Assembly (NCBI GenBank): GCA_050239825.1
Contig: JBFXGO010000001.1
Coordinates: 32,001-96,000 of the forward strand
Origin: a bacterium
GTDB taxonomy: Bacteria > Hydrothermota > 32-111
Direction: 5' to 3'
DNA: 64,000 nucleotides
Below the pieces are notes generated by a model. It saw nothing but the letters and a program-made list of their open reading frames with translations. It did no database searches and was not told the DNA's origin. The translations under genes were made by a program, and so were the position numbers. This document shows positions 47,401-57,234 of the stretch, piece by piece. The first letter of the stretch is position 1, and each line of letters begins with the position of its first letter.

Positions 47401-48527
47401 AAGAGCTCAATAACAGCAAGTTGATAGCTGAAATACTTTTAACCATGGGCAACATCAACAAAGACAAGTGTGAATTTAATGAGGCGATGGAGTACTACGA
47501 AAAGTCAAAGAAGCTTTGCACGGAGAATAATCATAAAACAGGTCTCTGCGGAGTAATAGGCAACATGGGGTTGATAGAATGGATGAAGGGAAATTATGAA
47601 AAGGCTATGGATTATTTCAATGAAGAGATGGAGGTGGCAAAAACCATAGGTAGTAAATTCGTGCTTAGTTACATATACGGAAATATGGGTTCGGTCTATT
47701 TTCACATGAACCTCTTTGACAAGGCGGAAGAGCACTATCTAAAACAGATTGCAATTGCCGAGGAGCTGGGTGAGAAAAAAAATATCAGGATTGCGCTCAA
47801 CAATCTCGGCGGAGTATGCGAAATGAGAGGAGATTATGAAAAAGAGCTCGATTATTTCCAGAAGAGCCTGAAGATAGCGGAGGAGCTGAATGCGAAAATG
47901 GGAATAAGGATAGTGTTGAGCAATATAGGAAATGTGTATGGAAAGTGGGGTCAGCATGATAAATCTCTGGATTATTTCACAAGAAGCCTGAAGATCGCTG
48001 AGGAGCTGGGCGATAAAAGAGGAATTTCCATTTTGAAAATGAATCTTGCATGTTCATACAATCTTCTTGGAGATATTGAAAGGGCGGAAGAGAATATTGA
48101 TGAAGCATTGAAGATAATGATTGAATACAATCTAAATCCTAATATGGCAAAAGCGCTTTTAGAAAAATCGAAAATACTCTTTAAAAAAGAAAAGTATGAT
48201 GAAGCTTTAGTTAAAATTGAAGAGGGGTTAAAAGCTCTGGAAAAAGGTGAAGTGCTCCTATCGGAGAGTGAAAGAATAGGGCTCATTATTCTGAAGTGTC
48301 TCATGATTTCTAAAAGAAACAAGGAAGAGGGGAAAGAAAAACTTTTAGAATTGCTCAATGACGCCAAAGAAAAATCGGATATAGGCGATGTGTATAATGC
48401 ATTGCTTGAAATATCAGGAGACGATTCATACAGGATTAAGGCGATTGAATCTTATGAGCAGTACTACTCATCCCATCCGGTAAAAGAAATAGAAGACAAA
48501 ATAAAATCTCTCAGGAGAGAAAAATGA
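44478..48527 (+). CDS. sAC-like tandem class III nucleotide cyclase + STAND ATPase + TPR protein
   Basis: FVDIKGFT, FAGDAF, GDKG and YTILGDKVNMSAR cyclase motifs; Walker A GDPGVGKS; Walker B VEDIQW; GNPFY; many TPR repeats. Confidence 0.9.
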   Translation: MLNLVPEFILNKLNKNEMSGIAEGSALFVDIKGFTHMTETLMKENDKGSEILSEIINEIFHSLISPIHKYNGFIATFAGDAFTAIFPDDTGINSAGASIDIVREIEKNRIKKTVLGDFEIAVRIGVSAGVIEWAIVGDDSNLSYYFKGQTIDDAAEAEAESLPNEINLHESVLKNLPADFFQEKENKYFLLKSSKIKKPSLKTEIIENDHLTGKFFNIKLMPEKFTGEFRDASSLFVSFRNYDAFEKINSLMKMIINYTREYKGYFNMIDFGDKGAKVVILFGAPVSFEKNLERSIECAKAIVSLDEKNIRAALTYGRVYAGYIGSRERCTYTILGDKVNMSARIMSSSPYGALWTEKHVAEEMKWKYVFSEIGEILFKGKSRKEMVYEIKSKKNLSREETLFENEIVGREREVGRIQQIVDEKLMNGKFGGVVNIYGDPGVGKSRLMFEIMQKNSEVCTIALLKNDDIYNKSFLPFEIFLKKLFGQINNESEKQRKDEFENSWKRVISASPECENKWTDEEISHTKDMLKGFLKIAEKDSQWESMDSKLKFENAVFAIKHLLKIISLEKPLIICVEDIQWQDKESNEVFKVLARKIEDYPILVVTTSRYSDDGSKITLPVEAECPVNEITVGLFDLEQSRDYISKQLIFSPSENLIEKIFQKTEGNPFYIEQISLYLIENEILEIKNDEYCLKKDIEDIPQGINAIIIARIDRLTRELKEMVQSAAVLGREFEIDVLSKMLSGRMDEKSLSEGVDEKIWQPLNQLKYIFKHNMMRDAAYNMQLKNKLKELHLVAANALERIHGKEMEKYADMAYHYEKGEVFDKAKYYYKETGIESKNNFRNYDAEKYLLAALKYSDDRNEYFDLNLALGEVYYQMGEWEKTKIIYENLVSGMKEADDDIRKARTFLAYGELLFERGEIEMSKESFKKAEVIFQTAQNREGMTMVLMGRAQTCWRAGDLDISRELYQKALDMAEELNNSKLIAEILLTMGNINKDKCEFNEAMEYYEKSKKLCTENNHKTGLCGVIGNMGLIEWMKGNYEKAMDYFNEEMEVAKTIGSKFVLSYIYGNMGSVYFHMNLFDKAEEHYLKQIAIAEELGEKKNIRIALNNLGGVCEMRGDYEKELDYFQKSLKIAEELNAKMGIRIVLSNIGNVYGKWGQHDKSLDYFTRSLKIAEELGDKRGISILKMNLACSYNLLGDIERAEENIDEALKIMIEYNLNPNMAKALLEKSKILFKKEKYDEALVKIEEGLKALEKGEVLLSESERIGLIILKCLMISKRNKEEGKEKLLELLNDAKEKSDIGDVYNALLEISGDDSYRIKAIESYEQYYSSHPVKEIEDKIKSLRREK

Positions 48528-49039
48528 ACAGAGAGCAGAATTTCCTTCTTACGAGAAGAAGCACGAGAAAGTATTCTGACAAAGAGATTGAAAAAAAAAA
48601 GATTGAAGTTATTTTGAAAGCTGGAATGTATGCTCCGTCAGCCCACAACACTCAGCCGTGGCATTTCATTGTCATCAGAAATAAAAATCTTATGTGCGAA
48701 ATATCCAAAGTGCACAGATATGCCGGCATGACAAAGAATGCATCAGCGGTGATACTTGTATGTGCTGACACTGCAAGGCAGGATGACCCCGGATACTTTT
48801 CGCAGGACTGTTCGGCGGCGACAGAGAATATACTCCTTTCTGCACACATTGAGGGCATAGGGGCATGCTGGATTGGCATTTACCCGGTAAAGGAAAGGAT
48901 GGAGAAGATTTCCGCACTTCTAAAACTCAAAAAAAATCTCGCTCCTTTCTCACTGATTGCGCTGGGTTATCCGGGAGAAACAATCGCAGGCAAAGACCCC
49001 GAAAGGTATGATAAGAAAAAGATAGAATTCGTAGATTGA
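48524..49039 (+). CDS. Nitroreductase family protein
   Basis: TRRSTRKY, APSAHNTQPWHF and GIGACWIG motifs. Confidence 0.92.
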   Translation: MNREQNFLLTRRSTRKYSDKEIEKKKIEVILKAGMYAPSAHNTQPWHFIVIRNKNLMCEISKVHRYAGMTKNASAVILVCADTARQDDPGYFSQDCSAATENILLSAHIEGIGACWIGIYPVKERMEKISALLKLKKNLAPFSLIALGYPGETIAGKDPERYDKKKIEFVD

Positions 49040-49080
49040 AATAAAATCGGGGCGACCTGTTTTACTATCAAGCAAAAAAC

Positions 49081-49899
49081 TTAAAGAAGAAACATGCTGA
49101 ATATTATTATCACAAGGGAAATATACTAATGAGGACTCAGACGCTCTTTGAACATGAAGACGGATACTGTAGCAGTGACAGAAGGGCTTGAACAGAATAT
49201 CGGAGATGCCAGTGATATGGGAATTTTAACTGCCGAATAATAAAAAAGCATAAGACCCGAGGATACAAGAACGGCAAATCCAACTGCACGACTTCCGCAT
49301 TCTTTTCTCTTCTTACTGCTATTATAAATAAGGAGTCAAAAGAGAAAAAGAAAGAATTGAGTTAAAGAAAGAGAGTTCGTTAGGTTTGACTTCTAACAGC
49401 ATGACTTTCGATAGAAATGCCCAGATTCCCAAGAGTAGAGTAGCGGCAAGAGTCAGAGCGAGCCACAGATACCTCTTTTTTTTCTCCTCCGCGGACCTAT
49501 TGCCATCAAATGAAATTCCTATGCTTTCTGAAATTATAAGAAGCACTGCGATTCCCTGAACCACTGAAATCTTTTCTTTCAGAACAATTATTCCCAAAAC
49601 AACACAGAAAATTGATGATGCAGAGAGTATCGCCGTAAGTATGGATACATCTCCATGAAGAAACGCAATTATGCAGAGCAGATAGGCGAGAATTGAAACA
49701 ACCTGAACGGCAGAAAGTTTCAAAAGAAGATATTTATCCGGAAATTCGCCCCTCATGACATAAAAAAAGAGTCCATTGAGAATCAGTTGAATGATTCCGG
49801 AGATAACCATTAGACGCCCGGTTTTAGGCGCATCACTGCGTATTTTGAAAAGGCATCTGCAATACCTATAAACAATGCGGCAAGTAAGGCAAAAATCAT
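49081..49899 (-). pseudogene. EamA/DMT family transporter, disrupted
   Basis: Starts MIFALLAALFIGIADAFSK; frameshifts near 49810 and 49322; internal stop after FKERLSPH; LKEKIS motif. Confidence 0.75.
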
Positions 49900-49943
49900 T
49901 ACTTCAGTATCTTGATAAAAATCAAATTGTAAAGATGTGCATA

Positions 49944-49971
49944 TTGACAACCGATGTCTAATCATTATTAT
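49944..49971 (+). promoter_or_regulatory. Sigma70-like promoter
   Basis: TTGACA-N16-TATTAT; GAGGAG SD before ATG 49997. Confidence 0.5.
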
Positions 49972-49996
49972 TTTAGATAATAAAAAAGAGGAGATT

Positions 49997-52900
49997 ATGA
50001 TTGGAAAATTTTTTTTCGCGGACATATCAAATTTCACAAAGACAACTGAAATGTTTATCAAAAAGAGTCAATACGGTCAGGAGGTTATAAGGGATATCGT
50101 GGACTCGGTATTTTCCGGCGCAATTCAGAAAATATATGAGAAAGACGGGTATGTAATTCTATTTGCAGGCGACGGACTCCTATTCTATCTCTCTCCCGAG
50201 TTTTCAAATTCCGTCAGAAGCGAGTTTGAAAAAAACATAGATAAGTTCAACAGAAAAATGTCAACCGAGCTGGGCATAAAAATAGAAGAGATGACTGAAA
50301 ATCTATTTCCTCATATCGTAAAAGCAGAAAAAAGAGAGTTTATCTACTTTCATCCCCAGATATCTTCTTTCACCTATGAGGATATAAAAGAGAGTATCAA
50401 TCTCGATTTTCCTCCCGTAATAGGGGAGATGAGAAAAAAAAATTCTCTTGGCGAGCTGAGGGAGATACCTGCAGGTTTCATAAATATTGCAGAGGAGAAG
50501 AAACCCGAGGATTTGAGAGAGTTTTTCGAGCAGATGATTTCAGAGGCAGACAGAGAACAGGTTTATGTCAATAAAATAGAATGGGCGGATAAGGGATGGA
50601 TGGTTCTTGTTGCCTGTGGGATGCCTGTCTCCGTGGAGAATGCTCCGATGCGTCTTCTTTACTATATGAATTACCTGCTCAAAAAGGCTGAACAACTTGG
50701 AATAGAGATTAAAATCGGATGCACCCTGAAGAAGGGATATGCAGGAATAATAGGCGGAGAAGAGAGATGGGAATACACATTCATTGGGGGAAACATAAAT
50801 CTGGCGGCAAGAATTGCAGTCAAGGGGGAGAGTATGAAGATATTCTCCGACAAGAGTTTTGCGGATGCAGTATCGTCATCCGCTCTGTTTGACAAATACG
50901 GCGATTTTACTTTCAAAGGAATAAATGAACCGGTCGAAGTCATGTGTTTCAAAGAGTTTTCTGATTCATCAAAAAAGGATTTGTTTGTCGGCAGGCAGAA
51001 AGAGACCGCAGAGGCGATCTCTGCTCTCTCGAAAGATTCAACATGTCTTTTGGTCTCCGGAGAGGGGGGAATCGGAAAAACCCATTTTGTAAATTCAGTT
51101 TTGAAAAGTATTCCGTTTTCAACCATAAAGACTATCTGTTCACAGAGAAAAGAGCCATTCTTTCTTGCGATGAAAATTCTTTTGGAAATGGATAAAGCAA
51201 GAGACAGCATAGATTCCTATGAGTCCGTCTTTCTAAGATTATCAAAAATGCAAACAGTCAAAGAGAGATTCAAGCATCTTTTAAATTCATTCACCAAAAG
51301 TGTTTTGATAATTATTGACGATTCACAATATATTGATTCTGAGTCCCTAGAGCTTTTGAATTGGGTCTTTTTTGAGAGACCGGAGCATATCAGGTTCATA
51401 TTTATAGGAAGGGAAATGAAGAATCTTTCATTCATAAAATCAAAGCTCTCTAAATTTGCTTATACTGAAATAAATTTGATTGGTTTCAATGAGGAAGGCA
51501 TTTCGGATTTTCTCTTCAAAAGCACAATGCTAAAGCCAAAACCTGAGGATGTGCGCGAACTTTCCCGCATTTCTGGAGGAAATCCGCTCTATCTAAACCA
51601 GATTATCTCTTTCATGCTAAAGGAAAACAACATCGAATCAAAGGGAGGATATCTTAATTTCAAATCAAGAATTCAGGATTTTCCATATTCTCTTAAAGAG
51701 CTCATTCTGGTGAAGTTCGACAGATTCCCCGCTGTCACCAAGAATTTTGTGGAAACAGGCTCTGTGATAGGGGAAGAATTCGTAAACTCAATAGCTTTGA
51801 ATTCAACGGGATCGGAAGACAGCATAGAGAATGCAGTGACGCCTGCGGTGGAAAATAAAATTCTAAGCAGAAAATACGAAACAGTCTCAATGTTTTATCA
51901 TTCGATAGTCAAACAGACAATATTTGACAGAATGCTCAAAAAAAGAATTGATGAAATCTGCGTCAAAGTGGGTGATGAGATGGCAAGGAGCAGTGATAAT
52001 CCGTTTATGCTTCTTCAGGCTGGGGATTTTTACGCTTCAGCCGGACACAGCAGGGCATTCGATATGTTCATCTCCGCGGCGAGGCTTTTTAAGAATGACA
52101 GGAACTCAATTTATGCTTCTCACTCTCTTAATAAAGCTCTCTCACAGAGTGTGCCTCCGCAAAAACAGCTTGAAGCGGTCATTCTGTACCCGGAAATTTC
52201 CAGACAGCATGTCGATAAAGAGTTCTTAGAAAACGCATTTTCAGCTCTTATCAGAGTAAAAGAAAAGCTTAGCAAAGATGATGCATCCGTTTATGAGTCC
52301 ATAGCATACGGTTTTTTGAATATTCTAAGGGAAAACAAAAAGACAGAGCATGTACTGCGCCTTTATAAAGAGAAGTGCGGAGAGACATTCGGATACTGCA
52401 TGCTCAAGGGAAGATTGGAGAAGGAAAAAAAGTCGATAGCCGGAGCCTTGAAGGTTTATAAGGATATCAAAAAGAGATTTAAGATGAATTTTAACGAAGA
52501 ATTTGAATATTATCTTGCAGTTGCATCATTTTATTTTTTTAATACAACCGACAGGAAAAATCTCGCAGTTAATCTGAAGAAACTCGAACTTGCAAGCAGA
52601 AAATTAAAGGATTCTGCAAAGAAAGCTGCTTACTTTGATTTTATGACATCCGTTTTCCTGCACACCAATGAAATTAAAAAGGCAGAGGCGTTCGCAGATA
52701 AGAATCTTCTGTTTGCGAAAAAAAGCGGTCAGACAGACCTTTTGACATCTCTCTACAACACATTCGCAATAATCAACTCAAACAAATTCTTCAAAACGAA
52801 GAACCGCAAGTATGAAAAACTCTCATTGAAGTATCATAAAAAAATCTACGATATTTACAAAAAGGATATGAACCTCTCAGCTCTTCCGCTGATCACGACT

Positions 52901-53725
52901 AATTTGGGAATGGCATATCTAATGGCCGGTGACGCAAAAAAGAATTTTCACTACCTTTATGAAGGACTCCTCTACGGACTTGAAATAGACCACCCTGTCG
53001 AGGTTCCTTACAATTACATACTGCTCTCTCTCTACATGTATGAACGAGGTGCCGAAAAAGCGGCATTTAATCTTTCCGATTTCATAATAAATTACAAACA
53101 CAAAATCGATATATGCTCCACATCATTTTTCATGAAATATCTGCAGACCAGAGAAAGAAAATTTCTGAAGAGAGGATTGAACATTTCAGAGCGTTACCTG
53201 AAGAGACAGAATACACCGCCATATCAGATATACTATGATTTGATGTTTATGAAGCATTACAGAGACAAGAACACAGACGAAATGAAGAGATTGATGAAAC
53301 AGATATCCGAATTTGAAAAGAAGGCGAATCTGAGGCAAAATACGAAAAATAAGTTCAGGCAGATGAAACTGATTTCTAAACTGGAGTCAGGCTCTGCAGA
53401 TGCCGTTGAAGCAGAAAAATCGGTAAATGAGGCGATGAAGATGAAGCTTTACTCGGCGACTGCGATAATGCTGTTTTTTTCCTACGGAAAATTCCTTATC
53501 TCGAAAAATAAGATTGACGAAGGGTTGAAGAGCATTGCAGAAGGACGCAGACTTTCAAAAAAACTTCTGTTCTTCAACCACACCCTTGCGATTGATGAGT
53601 ATCTATCGGCAGAAATTAAAATGAACGCGGCTTCCATAAAGAGAACAGAAGAGAGCAGAAATACCCTGAAAATAATATCAAGCTTTGAAAATCTTGAGCA
53701 GTTCAAAGCATTCATCGAAGAGTAA
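49997..53725 (+). CDS. Second, divergent sAC-like cyclase + STAND ATPase + helical-repeat protein
   Basis: FADISNFT, FAGDGL, ADKG and YTFIGGNINLAAR motifs; Walker A GEGGIGKT; IDDSQY; GNPLY. Confidence 0.85.
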   Translation: MIGKFFFADISNFTKTTEMFIKKSQYGQEVIRDIVDSVFSGAIQKIYEKDGYVILFAGDGLLFYLSPEFSNSVRSEFEKNIDKFNRKMSTELGIKIEEMTENLFPHIVKAEKREFIYFHPQISSFTYEDIKESINLDFPPVIGEMRKKNSLGELREIPAGFINIAEEKKPEDLREFFEQMISEADREQVYVNKIEWADKGWMVLVACGMPVSVENAPMRLLYYMNYLLKKAEQLGIEIKIGCTLKKGYAGIIGGEERWEYTFIGGNINLAARIAVKGESMKIFSDKSFADAVSSSALFDKYGDFTFKGINEPVEVMCFKEFSDSSKKDLFVGRQKETAEAISALSKDSTCLLVSGEGGIGKTHFVNSVLKSIPFSTIKTICSQRKEPFFLAMKILLEMDKARDSIDSYESVFLRLSKMQTVKERFKHLLNSFTKSVLIIIDDSQYIDSESLELLNWVFFERPEHIRFIFIGREMKNLSFIKSKLSKFAYTEINLIGFNEEGISDFLFKSTMLKPKPEDVRELSRISGGNPLYLNQIISFMLKENNIESKGGYLNFKSRIQDFPYSLKELILVKFDRFPAVTKNFVETGSVIGEEFVNSIALNSTGSEDSIENAVTPAVENKILSRKYETVSMFYHSIVKQTIFDRMLKKRIDEICVKVGDEMARSSDNPFMLLQAGDFYASAGHSRAFDMFISAARLFKNDRNSIYASHSLNKALSQSVPPQKQLEAVILYPEISRQHVDKEFLENAFSALIRVKEKLSKDDASVYESIAYGFLNILRENKKTEHVLRLYKEKCGETFGYCMLKGRLEKEKKSIAGALKVYKDIKKRFKMNFNEEFEYYLAVASFYFFNTTDRKNLAVNLKKLELASRKLKDSAKKAAYFDFMTSVFLHTNEIKKAEAFADKNLLFAKKSGQTDLLTSLYNTFAIINSNKFFKTKNRKYEKLSLKYHKKIYDIYKKDMNLSALPLITTNLGMAYLMAGDAKKNFHYLYEGLLYGLEIDHPVEVPYNYILLSLYMYERGAEKAAFNLSDFIINYKHKIDICSTSFFMKYLQTRERKFLKRGLNISERYLKRQNTPPYQIYYDLMFMKHYRDKNTDEMKRLMKQISEFEKKANLRQNTKNKFRQMKLISKLESGSADAVEAEKSVNEAMKMKLYSATAIMLFFSYGKFLISKNKIDEGLKSIAEGRRLSKKLLFFNHTLAIDEYLSAEIKMNAASIKRTEESRNTLKIISSFENLEQFKAFIEE

Positions 53726-53727
53726 TT

Positions 53728-54672
53728 TCATTTCTTTTTGCAGTAGTAGATGTCAGCCTCTATTATATTGACTGAAGAATCCATATAATGATGAACGAAA
53801 TAAATATTGCCTTCGGAATCAATGGTAGGCTCTCCTGCGAAATTGGAAATTATCTCTTCCGGTTCGCTCCACACTCCATTTGTTTTCAAAGACCTGAACA
53901 CCGCCGGTCCTGTGTATCCGAGTTTGCTGTCAGAAGTGTACCAAAGTTCATTTCCGTTGTCTGCAAGGCATGGCTGATTTTCATTCTTTGAAGTGTTCAG
54001 CGCCGATACTGCGGCAGGATTCTTCCATTCACCGTTTACATTCGAAAGAACCCATAAGTCATAATCAGTACCATTGTATTTCCCATAGTATAGAGTCGAT
54101 TTGTCATCCGAGATATGGAATTCCCCAATGTCATAGGTTACATTCAGAGCTTCTCCGCAGTTTGTGACATCCGCATAGTCATCACCATTCCACACTGAAG
54201 TAAAGATGTCAATTTCACCGAGATTTCCGGTTCTGACTGAGGCAAAATAGAGAGTATCTCCGGCTGCAAAAGCGCATCCGTCAAGGCATTCTATTGATTC
54301 AAGATATACTCTTCTCGGTTCAGTCCAGGAAAGGCCGCTCTTTTCGCTCATCCATATTCCTGTGACAGTATCAACGAGCTGTTCAGTCAAAGGCACTCTC
54401 ACATCAGGAGTAAAAAAGAAGAAAAACCTGCTCATGTCATCAGTTATAAAAGGCGAGTCCTCAGCGCCGAGAGTGTTTACCTGTCCCTCCATAGGCATCG
54501 GAGTCTCCCATTCATCTGACTGCATCACAGGCTTGAAAATGTCATTTTCCGGTGTTCCCTTGACTATATCCGTTGGAAGTTTATCCTCTCGGGAGATATC
54601 AAAATCGAAATTGTTCTGAGAGCATGAGGCAAGCATAACCGTCAAAGCAAGCAAAAAAATTATTCTGTGCAT
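53728..54672 (-). CDS. Lipoprotein with WD40-like (PD40/TolB-like) beta-propeller repeats
   Basis: Lipobox LASC; NTxxxEDSP, LYFASVR and NTSKNENQP repeats. Confidence 0.75.
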   Translation of the reverse strand: MHRIIFLLALTVMLASCSQNNFDFDISREDKLPTDIVKGTPENDIFKPVMQSDEWETPMPMEGQVNTLGAEDSPFITDDMSRFFFFFTPDVRVPLTEQLVDTVTGIWMSEKSGLSWTEPRRVYLESIECLDGCAFAAGDTLYFASVRTGNLGEIDIFTSVWNGDDYADVTNCGEALNVTYDIGEFHISDDKSTLYYGKYNGTDYDLWVLSNVNGEWKNPAAVSALNTSKNENQPCLADNGNELWYTSDSKLGYTGPAVFRSLKTNGVWSEPEEIISNFAGEPTIDSEGNIYFVHHYMDSSVNIIEADIYYCKKK

Positions 54673-54743
54673 TCTCTCTCCTTTTTGATTGATACTATCA
54701 GAAATTGTCGGATAAATCAATTGATTTTTCCATTGCTTGATTA

Positions 54744-54771
54744 TTGACATTTTTTCTGTTAAAGGCATAAT
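54744..54771 (+). promoter_or_regulatory. Sigma70-like promoter (probably leaderless)
   Basis: TTGACA-N16-CATAAT; ATG 8 nt downstream. Confidence 0.5.
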
Positions 54772-54779
54772 AATCAATT

Positions 54780-55718
54780 ATGAAAAGAGCGTCCCTTGTT
54801 ATTTTTATCATCTCTGTGACTGCAGTTCTCATCGCATGGTCTCTGCTTAACAGAAGCCTCATAAATAAAGCAATGACAATTCATGCCCCTGAAATAGGCG
54901 GCAATGTAAAGACTCTCATTATGGGAGATTCGCATGCGCAGACCGCTCTTGACCCTTCCCTGATGAAAGACGCTATAAGTCTTACATACAGCAATGAAAA
55001 TTATTTCTTTACTTACTATAAGCTGAAGTGGGCTCTTGAAAGAGGCAGGAATATTGAAAATGTCATAATTGGTTTTTCCATCCATAATCTTACGGATGCG
55101 CAGGAGAGAGTGATAAAGGAGAGAACATTCTTTCTTGAGCATGGATTCCTTCTTCTTGATGATTACGGAAAGAATATTGTCAAAAAAAAATCATCAGACC
55201 TCTACAACTATTTCAAACTCAAGTATGAGTTCGGAGCGCCTATGAATTTTTACAACAATGACCTTCTTCTGATCAATTTTGCGTCTGATAAGGAAGAATT
55301 CCGCGAAAAAATATGGGGTGGGTATAAAAAGATGTCATCTGCCAATATGACTGAAGAGCAGAAGCAGAAACTGATAAAAGAGAAGAACACCAAGGATTAC
55401 ATATCGTCGCCTCTGATGACCGAATATCTTCTGAAAATAGTCTCCCTCTGCGAAGAGAGGAAAATATCCCTCTACCTTCTGAACACTCCCATTCACAAAC
55501 TTTATTTTGAAAGATATACTGAGGAGACTGTGATAACATTTTTTAAAGACATAGAATTTTTAAAGGAGAACGTTGACTTCAGGTATCTCGACTATCAGTG
55601 GTTTATGCAGGATGATTCTTTCTTCTATGACGGAGAGCATTTGAATGAAAGGGGAGCGGAAATCTTTTCCCGCATTATTGACAGTATAGTATCTGGAGGA
55701 GAGAAAAGTGCTATTTAA
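54780..55718 (+). CDS. Membrane-anchored SGNH-like acyltransferase partner (AlgJ/DltD-like)
   Basis: N-terminal TM segment, GDSH and FYDGEHLN (DxxH); adjacent to the MBOAT gene. Confidence 0.7.
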   Translation: MKRASLVIFIISVTAVLIAWSLLNRSLINKAMTIHAPEIGGNVKTLIMGDSHAQTALDPSLMKDAISLTYSNENYFFTYYKLKWALERGRNIENVIIGFSIHNLTDAQERVIKERTFFLEHGFLLLDDYGKNIVKKKSSDLYNYFKLKYEFGAPMNFYNNDLLLINFASDKEEFREKIWGGYKKMSSANMTEEQKQKLIKEKNTKDYISSPLMTEYLLKIVSLCEERKISLYLLNTPIHKLYFERYTEETVITFFKDIEFLKENVDFRYLDYQWFMQDDSFFYDGEHLNERGAEIFSRIIDSIVSGGEKSAI

Positions 55719-57183
55719 TTCGTTGCAATACTTTATATTTTTCCCATTAGTAGCTGTTTTTTATTTTATAATCCCATTCAATTATCGCTGGATATGGCTT
55801 CTTTCAGCCAGTTTCTATTTTTATATGGCTTGGAAGCCGGAGTATGTTGTTCTTATGATTGCGGCGATTCTCATAAATTACTCTGCGGGAATAATGATTC
55901 AAAGAAGCAGAAAAAAAGAATGGAAAAAATTTCACATGCTGTTTGGAGTATGCGCCAGTTTCTTTATTCTTTTCGTTTTTAAATATTTCAATTTCATTAA
56001 CTCATCTGTGAGGGCTCTGTTTTCTTATTTCGGCATGGATTATCCCATAAGCGGCCACAGTCTGCTACTGCCCGTGGGCATATCTTTTTACACCTTCCAG
56101 ACTTTAAGCTATACTATTGATGTTTACAGGGGTAAAGAAAAAACGCAGAAGCATCTCGGAATATTTGCTCTTTATGTAACTTTCTTTCCCCAACTGGTTG
56201 CAGGACCGATAGAAAGATCCACAAATCTTTTGCCGCAATTCTTCAAAAAAAATGCCTTTGACCTGCAGAGGGTTCTTGACGGAGGAAAACTTATACTTTG
56301 GGGGCTTTTTAAGAAAATTGTAATTGCGGACAGACTTGCCGTTCTTGTCAATACGGTTTTCAACAACCCCCACGGTTATTCGGGGTTCCAATTTGTGACT
56401 GCAATAGTATTCTTTGCGTTTCAGATATACTGTGATTTTTCAGGTTACTCCGACATAGCCATAGGAAGCGCTCAGATAATGGGGTACAAGCTGATGGATA
56501 ATTTTAACAGGCCATACTTTTCCAAATCTATTTCAGAGTTTTGGAAACGATGGCACATATCGCTTTCAACATGGTTCAGGGATTATCTGTACATACCCAT
56601 GGGAGGAAGCAGAACCTCAATTCCCAAGTGGTATTTCAATCTGTTTGTCACATTTCTTGTCAGCGGAATATGGCACGGGGCAAACTGGACATTTGTGGCA
56701 TGGGGGGCATTGAACGGCCTTTACATTGTGCTTGAGACAGCGGGTATGAAGAGAATCAAGAGGATTGAAAATAAATTGAGATTGAATGAACATAAGACTT
56801 CGCTGAAAATCTTAAAAATCTCAACAACATTTTCCCTTGTTCTTTTCGCCTGGATTTTTTTCAGAGCGAATACAATTTCGGATGCTATATATGTGATATC
56901 AAATATCCCTAAAAATTTCATGGCGACATTCTGGGAAATCGCCACATTGAATGAACATGCACTTAAGAAAATGGGAATAGAGAGAGTGGATTTTGTGATT
57001 TCCATAGCTGTGATACTCTTCATGGAATCAGTGCATGCGCTTCAGAGGCACAGGGGCATTCGCTCAATGCTGAAAAAGAAGCCTCTGGCTTTGAGATATG
57101 TGGTTTATGCGGCATTTATCTTTGGAATAATTGTTTTCGGCACCTATATCAATTCCGCATCATTCATCTATTTCCAATTCTAA
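55708..57183 (+). CDS. MBOAT family O-acyltransferase (AlgI/DltB/PatA-like)
   Basis: LPVGISFYTFQ, FFPQLVAGPIER, DFSGYSD, FWKRWHISLSTW, SGIWHGA and FIYFQF motifs. Confidence 0.93.
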   Translation: MLFNSLQYFIFFPLVAVFYFIIPFNYRWIWLLSASFYFYMAWKPEYVVLMIAAILINYSAGIMIQRSRKKEWKKFHMLFGVCASFFILFVFKYFNFINSSVRALFSYFGMDYPISGHSLLLPVGISFYTFQTLSYTIDVYRGKEKTQKHLGIFALYVTFFPQLVAGPIERSTNLLPQFFKKNAFDLQRVLDGGKLILWGLFKKIVIADRLAVLVNTVFNNPHGYSGFQFVTAIVFFAFQIYCDFSGYSDIAIGSAQIMGYKLMDNFNRPYFSKSISEFWKRWHISLSTWFRDYLYIPMGGSRTSIPKWYFNLFVTFLVSGIWHGANWTFVAWGALNGLYIVLETAGMKRIKRIENKLRLNEHKTSLKILKISTTFSLVLFAWIFFRANTISDAIYVISNIPKNFMATFWEIATLNEHALKKMGIERVDFVISIAVILFMESVHALQRHRGIRSMLKKKPLALRYVVYAAFIFGIIVFGTYINSASFIYFQF

Positions 57184-57234
57184 TACAATAAAAAATACTT
57201 TATTTTTTCTATTATTATGATATAATAACAAACT

